A stretch of DNA of 64,000 nucleotides from an uncultured Pseudomonadales bacterium (GTDB taxonomy: Bacteria; Pseudomonadota; Gammaproteobacteria; Pseudomonadales; Azotimanducaceae), in assembly GCA_964634815.1 (NCBI GenBank), contig CAZWMD010000009.1:45549-109548 (forward strand), in the 5' to 3' direction. Under the pieces are notes generated by a model. It was not told the origin of the DNA, did no database searches, and saw nothing but the letters and a program-made list of their open reading frames with translations. This document shows positions 42,801 to 48,992 of this stretch, one piece after another (position 1 is the first letter of the stretch; the number at the start of each line of letters is the position of its first letter). Position numbers and translations under genes: made by a program.

Positions 42801-44148
42801 GAGCACCGTCTATCAAGTGTCCGTCAACGGCCCCAAAAACGCGGGAGCGCGGATTTACAACCGCCGCGGTACTTGCAAATATACTGCCGTCGATGGCATT
42901 GGTGTAGGTAGCAAAGATCTGGTCGTTTGGCGCAACAAAGAGCACGCAGTCTCCCGGCGCAGAAGATACAGCTACCGTTTGAATGTAGCCAAAAAACTCA
43001 CCGGTGTCGGTTCCGGTTTCGGAAATTGCAAGCGTTTCAGCATCACCCGCCGTTCCTTCCAGGCGAACAAACACACTATCTATCACCGCAGGGTCAAGAT
43101 TAGCTCCCGCGTCGCTGACACGGAAGAAAGCAGTGCCTCCTGCGCGATAGACTGAGGTAGAGCTTAAGTCGATGGAAAGCGGAAAAGTGTAGAGAGTGCC
43201 GTCTGCTTCGTTTGAAGTTGCGATCGCAGCAAAGCTCCCTGACGTGGCAGCATTATCACTACAGGATGTCAGTGGGACATTCTGTGGCGACCCCAGCACA
43301 CTGTCAGGAGCAAAGAAATCTATAACGGCAGTGTTAGCCGGCAATCCCACCTGCAAGGTATGGGGAGTGCTAATCGTCAATCCACCCTTATCGGTAGCTG
43401 TAATGACTACAGTAATCGGCGGACCTGGAGGTAGGCTAACCCCCGGCGCTAACCGCAGCTCACTACCGACTACAACAAAACGATTGTCGTCAACGGTGAA
43501 CGTGTGGTTGTCTACATTATCCGGGTCGGTAACGCTGAGCGGCCCAATAACTGCACCCGGCGCGTTTGGAGGAACAGATGTTGCCTCAAGAGTAATGCTG
43601 TCGGGCGCTTCGTTAACATCGAGAATGGTTACAGTCACCGGAACAACAGCGCTTTGTCCGGCGGCATCAACAACCGTCACCTCAAGAACGATAGGCGCAT
43701 CAACTTCAAAGTTAAACACCGTACCAGGCGCAAGTTGCAGACTATCGCCATCAACAATAAATCTGTCATCGGATACGCTAAAGGTGTGCGTATCCGTAGA
43801 ATCAGTGTCAGTAGCATCAAGCACACCCAAAACGACGCCGTCGTCGTTTTCCGGTACTTCAAAATTGGTAAGCGTCAATCCCGTCGGCGGTGAGTTACCG
43901 GCGAATGGGTCGGCCACTATGGTGACACTACTGGAGGTCTCAACGGGCGAACCAGAAGCCAGATAGCTCGCGGTAGCCGTGTTGGTAATGGGGGTGTTTG
44001 GGTCGATGGCGTAAGCCAGAGAGGCACACAGCATCTGCAAAACAAAAATTACCGCGGAAAGAGGCATACCTCCAGCACGGCACGGCGTTACCGCCCCGAC
44101 CTTGCTGGAGGATGCCTTATCCATGCGGTACTTATCGACCGAAAACAC
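36829..44148 (-). CDS. giant (2439 aa) secreted multidomain protein: cadherin-like repeats, duplicated Ig/CarboxypepD_reg-like modules, DUF11 domains, Big_1-like domain and a C-terminal beta-barrel-like region of about 860 aa
   Basis: The signal peptide is [20 protein letters not shown], and the start (GTG 44148, ATG 44124 or ATG 44067) is unresolved. Residues about 85-268 form two cadherin-type repeats ([28 protein letters not shown]...[29 protein letters not shown]). Residues about 318-845 form two paralogous modules. Residues about 858-985 look like DUF11 ([34 protein letters not shown]). Residues about 993-1050 look like CarboxypepD_reg ([10 protein letters not shown]...[32 protein letters not shown]). 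Residues about 1460-1562 look like an invasin/intimin Big_1 domain ([22 protein letters not shown]). From about residue 1575 to 2403 there are alternating amphipathic strands with aromatic ends ([39 protein letters not shown]). Confidence 0.75.
   Translation of the reverse strand: [2439 protein letters not shown]
41614..43197 (-). repeat. intragenic duplication: two paralogous modules of about 220 aa (residues about 318-550 and 626-845) in the giant protein
   Basis: The two modules align by eye. [55 protein letters not shown]...PGDCVL matches [55 protein letters not shown]...[58 protein letters not shown] matches [52 protein letters not shown]. Confidence 0.8.
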
Positions 44149-44165
44149 TTACTACTAACTCTGCC

Positions 44166-45521
44166 CTAGGCGTCGTTAATAGTTACGAAATACAGGACAA
44201 ATGCTGTCTCTTGAGGCGCGCAGGTCCCTAGAGTCGCAGATGACACATCGATTTCGTTAGGATCAGCCGTGAAGGCTTGTGACGTGTTGGTATTGCTACA
44301 AGTAACAATAGTAACCTGATCGTCATTGATCGAACCGGGCAACGTGAAGGTTACGTTGTCGACTTCGGCTGACGGATCCACATCTATCGTCAAGCTGGTC
44401 GGCATGTTGATAGTTTCAGTAGACGTATTGCCTACAGAGACTGCCGGCGTTGGAATGTTATCTCGCAGGAAGGACATCGTAATCGTGCCACCGCCCAAAA
44501 GTTCATCATTCTTTGCCGCAATCACATACATCACAACAGCACCAGGAATCGCTTTGGGGTTATCGCCCGAAACCGCACCTGCAGCATCGAAAAACTGCGC
44601 TCCCGAAATCGGATCCCAGACTGTTTGCGAAGTTTTCACCAGCAATACGCCCGGAGGCAGAATAATGTATGCACTGGTATCTGAGTCCTGACCATTGTTG
44701 GGAACGTCTGTTGTTGTTCCACCGGTCGACGCGTTGAAGTCATAGACCAGGTCTTCTGAGGAATGCGGACCAACATCTGCAAACACAACTTCTACCGTGG
44801 CTGGATCATCAGCAACGTCCACTGCGCCGGTAAAACCGGGAGCGTTGTTGCCGTTGTCATCACCCTCTATTGGCTCTTGGGCGCCCGTATAGTGGGTCGC
44901 AACCAACGAGTAGGTTGCAATCTGATCAACGGTTGCGGTGCCCGGAACATCTACAACCACCAGAACTGATGTAGTGATGTCTTCGCCAAGCTGTGAGCCA
45001 AGGCCAGCGTCCAGATCGTACTCACCAGAGGCGGTAGGCACCAAAACGGTATCGACGCCATCGTCGAACAGTCCATTTCCATCGGTGTCAATCGCTACCA
45101 GAATGGCATCGTCATTAAACGAAGGAAACGGACCCGCTCCTGTTGGAGGACCCGCAAAGGCGCTAACGCCTACACCGTCCTGATCGACAACTCCCAGCAA
45201 AACCGAGGTTGCATCGTTACCCGTGTTGGTGACATTGAATCGCAGTGCAGGAACGCCAGTTTGGCCGGCAAATTCCTGACCCGGCGCGACACTAACGTAG
45301 TTAGAGTCCGTCGCTTCAACGTTAAGAGCAAGCTTTCTATCTACCACAAAGGTAGCATCAGCTGTCTCGGAGATAGGCGGGCCTCCTCCTACGGTGTATT
45401 CCAATGACACACTGTTAACGACACTGGATCCAGCGTCGGTGCCCGCAGCAAAAGACGGGATAGACCCGGCCACTGCGCAAGCTACGATCAGGCCTTGCCC
45501 AATCTTTCTGAAGTACTGCAT
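44166..45521 (-). CDS. secreted 451-aa acidic beta-rich protein, paralogous to the 367-aa protein; C-terminal DUF11-like domain
   Basis: The ATG is preceded by GGAAGGA plus 6 nt. The signal peptide is MQYFRKIGQGLIVACAVAGSIPSFA. The mature N-terminus AGTDAGSSVVNSVSLEYTVGG is shared with the 367-aa protein. A Ca-binding-like DxDxDG segment is present (AIDTDGNGLFDDGVDT). The C-terminal part (KAIPGAVVMYVIAAKNDELLGGG) resembles DUF11. Confidence 0.7.
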   Translation of the reverse strand: MQYFRKIGQGLIVACAVAGSIPSFAAGTDAGSSVVNSVSLEYTVGGGPPISETADATFVVDRKLALNVEATDSNYVSVAPGQEFAGQTGVPALRFNVTNTGNDATSVLLGVVDQDGVGVSAFAGPPTGAGPFPSFNDDAILVAIDTDGNGLFDDGVDTVLVPTASGEYDLDAGLGSQLGEDITTSVLVVVDVPGTATVDQIATYSLVATHYTGAQEPIEGDDNGNNAPGFTGAVDVADDPATVEVVFADVGPHSSEDLVYDFNASTGGTTTDVPNNGQDSDTSAYIILPPGVLLVKTSQTVWDPISGAQFFDAAGAVSGDNPKAIPGAVVMYVIAAKNDELLGGGTITMSFLRDNIPTPAVSVGNTSTETINMPTSLTIDVDPSAEVDNVTFTLPGSINDDQVTIVTCSNTNTSQAFTADPNEIDVSSATLGTCAPQETAFVLYFVTINDA

Positions 45522-45636
45522 GGTTTGTCCTTCCGTTACTTCAAGTTACAAAAGCAAACACACCGAAGCCCAAAAGCCCGGTGCGTTTCCGTTTTGCGCA
45601 GCCGTCGTAGCCGCGCGACAGGTATCGAACGGATGA

Positions 45637-46185
45637 CTATTTCAGTCTCACGTTGAACGACACCGTTCCTGTTGCACCCGGCTCAAGGCCTGGCGCATAG
45701 ACCCAACGAATGGTCGTATAGTCACTGGCATTCGCTGGAGCTTCAGAACCGTTTTCCGAGACGCGAAGTGCACTTGGCGGACCAAACTGCGCTCCTGCAT
45801 CTACGGAATAAAGAATTTCGGCGGCCTCACCAACGGCAGTGCCTTCCAGATATTCGGTATTACCCGGTACCGGGTTGGTTATAACTACCGAACCGGCATC
45901 AACAGCCTCTTCGCCGACATTGGTAAAGCGCACGGAGTAACGAAGTTCGTCACCCGGAATAACGCGATTGGGTGGCACCAGGCGGCGCTGAACGCGGCCC
46001 TGATCATCTACATAGCGGTCAACCTTATGTACTTCGTTAACCAGCTCTACGCGAGCCTGCGCAAAGGGAGCGGCAAAACTTGCGCTCACTGCTAATACAG
46101 CGGCAACCTTTGTGAGCGTCGAAAGGCATTTCTTCTGCAACAGTGATTTGCAAAAGTTTTGATGCGAACATTTTTTAAGAAACAT
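45637..46185 (-). CDS. secreted single-domain DUF11 (TIGR01451-like conserved repeat) protein
   Basis: The signal peptide ends in AVSASFAAPFAQA. The DUF11-like core is VIPGDELRYSVRFTNVGEEAVDAGSVVITNPVPGNTEYLEGTAVG...YTTIRWVYAPGLEPGATGTVSFNVRLK. The start is probably the second ATG (46185), which is preceded by GGAGGA; the tracked ORF starts at 46200. Confidence 0.7.
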   Translation of the reverse strand: MFLKKCSHQNFCKSLLQKKCLSTLTKVAAVLAVSASFAAPFAQARVELVNEVHKVDRYVDDQGRVQRRLVPPNRVIPGDELRYSVRFTNVGEEAVDAGSVVITNPVPGNTEYLEGTAVGEAAEILYSVDAGAQFGPPSALRVSENGSEAPANASDYTTIRWVYAPGLEPGATGTVSFNVRLK

Positions 46186-46266
46186 AGATCCTCCGATCAT
46201 TTGTGTTTGTCAGCCAATCCCCTGCCTGCAAAAACAGGTGGGACCTCTTTGGGTAAGGAAAGGCAT

Positions 46267-47370
46267 CTACTGGACAATGGCCTGATACTCGATAGTCAGA
46301 CTCGTGGGGCCAGAGACATCACCAAAGTTCACTTCAATGGTGTCGCCGGTTACGCCGGTGTTATCCACACCAGCAGGTAAAAGGTCGTCGTCAGCCTCTT
46401 CGCCCGCGGGCAAACCAACAACGGAAAGAGAATTTGAGGCGTACAAAAGCTCGCCAGGTACAGGATCGGTAACCACTAGCGACTGCGCAGAACCAGTACC
46501 AAAAAGCTCCACGAGTACGCGGTAGCTAACAACACTGCCAGGCACGACACTGCTGCCGCCAGAAGGGTCGGCGATATCAAAAGCAGTTTTGGTGATGGTG
46601 ACGCCAACGTTGTTAACCAGATAGTCGTGACGATCAGCAAACAACGGATTGGCCAGGTTGTAGCTCAGACCTACCATCGCATCGACAGTACCCGACCCAT
46701 TCGAGCGATTGTCACCGAGACCGCTGAAGACATCACCGACCCCAGGAAAGCTCACCTGTGTTGGGTCATCAGTTCCTGCACCGGTGACAATCGTTGTGGC
46801 CACAGCACGCAATTCGAGCAGCGCTGTTTCATCAACCGACACGCCAGGTGGAATGTCTGCAGTAACGTAAATCAAGAGAGATTCGTCGGGCACCAAGACT
46901 GGGTCATTGGTACCCGCGATGTACTCCTCATCACCGCCAGGGCCGGACTGGAAGCCAGCAATACCGTTGGATTCGAGATACAGGGTGTTAAAAACAGGGT
47001 CAAAGTCGTCACCGCCCAGCGCCGTCTGGCCAATCAGCCGAAAGGCTTCCGTGCCGTTACCCAGGTTAGTCAGCGTGTAGCTCTGAAGAGCCTCGATCTG
47101 TCCCGCAACAACTCCCACAGAACTGGCATCAGCGCTGATGACAGAGACTTCCAATAGCTCTTGAACAAAGAAGGTGTTGAGGCTGCTGGCAGTAAGGTCT
47201 GCGCCACCCAGGGTGTAACTCAGAGTGACGGTATTTGGGACTTCCTCGCCTGCGCCAGTTCCACCGGCCCAGGAAAGATCGGCGCACAAACACACAAGCA
47301 CGGCAAAGACCCACGCGATACAAAAGTGCGCTGGTCTATGAAATAGCCCTGTGTAAGCGGTGCTTTTCAC
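46267..47370 (-). CDS. secreted 367-aa acidic beta-rich protein, first gene of the cluster; C-terminal DUF11-like domain
   Basis: The GTG start is preceded by AAGGA plus 4 nt. The signal peptide ends in CADLSWA. The mature N-terminus is GGTGAGEEVPNTVTLSYTLGG. The C-terminal DUF11-like segment is VVPGSVVSYRVLVELFGTGSAQSLVVTDPVPGELLYASNS. Confidence 0.7.
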   Translation of the reverse strand: MKSTAYTGLFHRPAHFCIAWVFAVLVCLCADLSWAGGTGAGEEVPNTVTLSYTLGGADLTASSLNTFFVQELLEVSVISADASSVGVVAGQIEALQSYTLTNLGNGTEAFRLIGQTALGGDDFDPVFNTLYLESNGIAGFQSGPGGDEEYIAGTNDPVLVPDESLLIYVTADIPPGVSVDETALLELRAVATTIVTGAGTDDPTQVSFPGVGDVFSGLGDNRSNGSGTVDAMVGLSYNLANPLFADRHDYLVNNVGVTITKTAFDIADPSGGSSVVPGSVVSYRVLVELFGTGSAQSLVVTDPVPGELLYASNSLSVVGLPAGEEADDDLLPAGVDNTGVTGDTIEVNFGDVSGPTSLTIEYQAIVQ

Positions 47371-47525
47371 GAGATCCTTATCGTTATCAGTCGCGAACCG
47401 GAAGGTTCGGGTACATCCACAGGAGCCACATCGTGTGGTCCTTTAGAAGCTCGGGGGACTGTAGATAAGGGCAGCAACGGAGTGCGTGACGGGACGCACA
47501 GTGTCAATGCATCGTTGCCAAAAGC

Positions 47526-47538
47526 GGCGCACTGCGCC
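47526..47538 (-). terminator. weak candidate intrinsic terminator downstream of yheU
   Basis: GGCGCA-C-TGCGCC forms a short GC hairpin. It is flanked by an A-run and a T-run (AAAGCGGCGCACTGCGCCAATTTTTG), so the minus strand reads hairpin followed by GCTTTTGG. The stem is short, so this is only suggestive. Confidence 0.3.
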
Positions 47539-47632
47539 AATTTTTGCGGGATTAGGTCACGCTTACTGCATGAGCCAGACAAAGGGTGACCCAGTCGAGG
47601 TTAACCCTGAGAAGTCGCCGGGTTAAGGTTTA

Positions 47633-47860
47633 CTAGGGGTCATCTGAAGTACGCAGGGTCGTACTTTGTGTTTCGGGATCGAACCAGATTTCCGCGTCTC
47701 CATTCTTTAGCAGTTGGCGCACAGCCAGTCGTTTTGCCTGGAGTGTCAGAGCGTCGTGACCTTCGCGAAAATCACCATAATCCGTGCCCTCACGCAGCAC
47801 GTAGTCATCAACAACGCCGTTTAGCGCCTCATCTGAGAGCTCTTGATAGGGTATCTTCAT
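47633..47860 (-). CDS. yheU: YheU family protein (UPF0270)
   Basis: The 75-aa product reads [30 protein letters not shown]. This is colinear with E. coli YheU (..[28 protein letters not shown]..). Confidence 0.75.
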   Translation of the reverse strand: [75 protein letters not shown]

Positions 47861-48046
47861 TTATAGACGTACTTGTATGGGCTTAATGGCCAAGGGGCTA
47901 GTATATCGCCCCATTTCTGCCAGATTCGGTGTTTAATGGTACAGGTCGCAAATGGCCCCACAGGCCGGGCGAAGCTCATGTCGAACATCTAAGGGTGTGA
48001 AATGCTCCGCAGCTATCCATAATAGGCTTGTCTAATATTCTGAGTT

Positions 48047-48067
48047 GTACGGCAGGTTCTGCTGTAC
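48047..48067. promoter_or_regulatory. imperfect palindrome upstream of the response-regulator gene (candidate operator)
   Basis: GTACGGCAG-GTT-CTGCTGTAC has 9-bp arms with one mismatch. It lies about 75-90 nt upstream of the ATG at 48140. Confidence 0.25.
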
Positions 48068-48139
48068 TCGAAATTCACGGGGTTAGCGGCCAATACCACA
48101 AGGATTGGTTCGCCCCCGTTCCAACAGGATTGGGAACTC

Positions 48140-48847
48140 ATGTCAGAACAAGATCACATACTGGTAGTCGAAGACGAGCCAATAACCCGAGAACAGCTCG
48201 TGGCGTACTTCGAAGAAGAAGGCTTCAAGGTAACCTCTACCGGTTCAGGCGACGAGGTTCTGCCGCTTGTACAAAATTCCGACATTATCCTGGTATTGCT
48301 GGATATCAAGCTGCCTGGAAAGGACGGCCTGACACTAACCCGGGAGATTCGGGTTCAATCAGATCTCGGCATCATTCTGGTCACGAGCAAGCAAGAACAG
48401 ATCGATCGCATCCTCGGTCTTGAGAGCGGTGCAGATGATTACGTAACCAAACCGTTTGACCCTCGAGAGCTATTGAGCCGTTCACGCAACCTTATCCGGC
48501 GTGTACAGCTGCAGCAGAAACAGCGCAAGAAAAACCATCTACGCACCTTCGATGGCTGGACTCTCGATCTGAACAAGCGCGAGCTGACATCCCCGGAAAA
48601 CGAAAAGCAAACACTGTCCGCTGGCGAATACCAGTTACTACTGGCATTTATGGAACAAGCGGGCGAAGTAATGAATCGGGACCAACTGATGAACCGAATC
48701 CGCAACCGCGAGTGGTTCCCGGATGATCGCTACATCGACGTACTTGTTGGGCAGCTACGGAAAAAACTGGGTGAGAAGGCCGCTAACGCCAAGATTATCT
48801 CAACCATCCACGGCACCGGCTATCTGTTCACACCAGAAGTGGCATAA
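48140..48847 (+). CDS. OmpR-family response regulator (ArcA/TorR-like)
   Basis: The product contains ILVVEDEPITREQL, LVLLDIKLPGKDG, GADDYVTKPFDPREL and a winged-helix C-terminus (ISTIHGTGYLF). Confidence 0.9.
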   Translation: MSEQDHILVVEDEPITREQLVAYFEEEGFKVTSTGSGDEVLPLVQNSDIILVLLDIKLPGKDGLTLTREIRVQSDLGIILVTSKQEQIDRILGLESGADDYVTKPFDPRELLSRSRNLIRRVQLQQKQRKKNHLRTFDGWTLDLNKRELTSPENEKQTLSAGEYQLLLAFMEQAGEVMNRDQLMNRIRNREWFPDDRYIDVLVGQLRKKLGEKAANAKIISTIHGTGYLFTPEVA

Positions 48848-48992
48848 ACTTAGGCCAAGGACGAGTAATACGCCAAGCGCACATTGCGCAATTTAATAGA
48901 CGTATTACCAGAACTTTGACCCCTTGGCGCCTAACTGCATCGGACCCTCGAAGGCAGGTCTCGTCCAAGGGTTCCCGAGACGACGTTAGGCC

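Noticed and set aside
45561-45583. Hairpin CACCG-N13-CGGTG followed by a T-rich run (minus strand) between the 187-aa and 451-aa genes, considered as an attenuator that sets subunit stoichiometry
   Set aside because: The stem is only 5 bp with a 13-nt loop, which is too weak to assert. It is worth revisiting only if transcript 3' ends map there.
36829-47370. Whether the surface-protein cluster is a mobile island or a known system (chaperone-usher, type I RTX adhesin, two-partner secretion, curli/Fap amyloid, or a sortase-dependent pilus)
   Set aside because: There are no integrase, transposase, tRNA or direct-repeat boundaries. There is no PapD-like chaperone, ABC/MFP/TolC trio, GGxGxD RTX repeats, TpsB/POTRA protein, CsgG/FapF-like gene, sortase or LPXTG motif. 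None of these known models fits what is visible, so the locus is reported as a candidate novel system rather than assigned to one of them.
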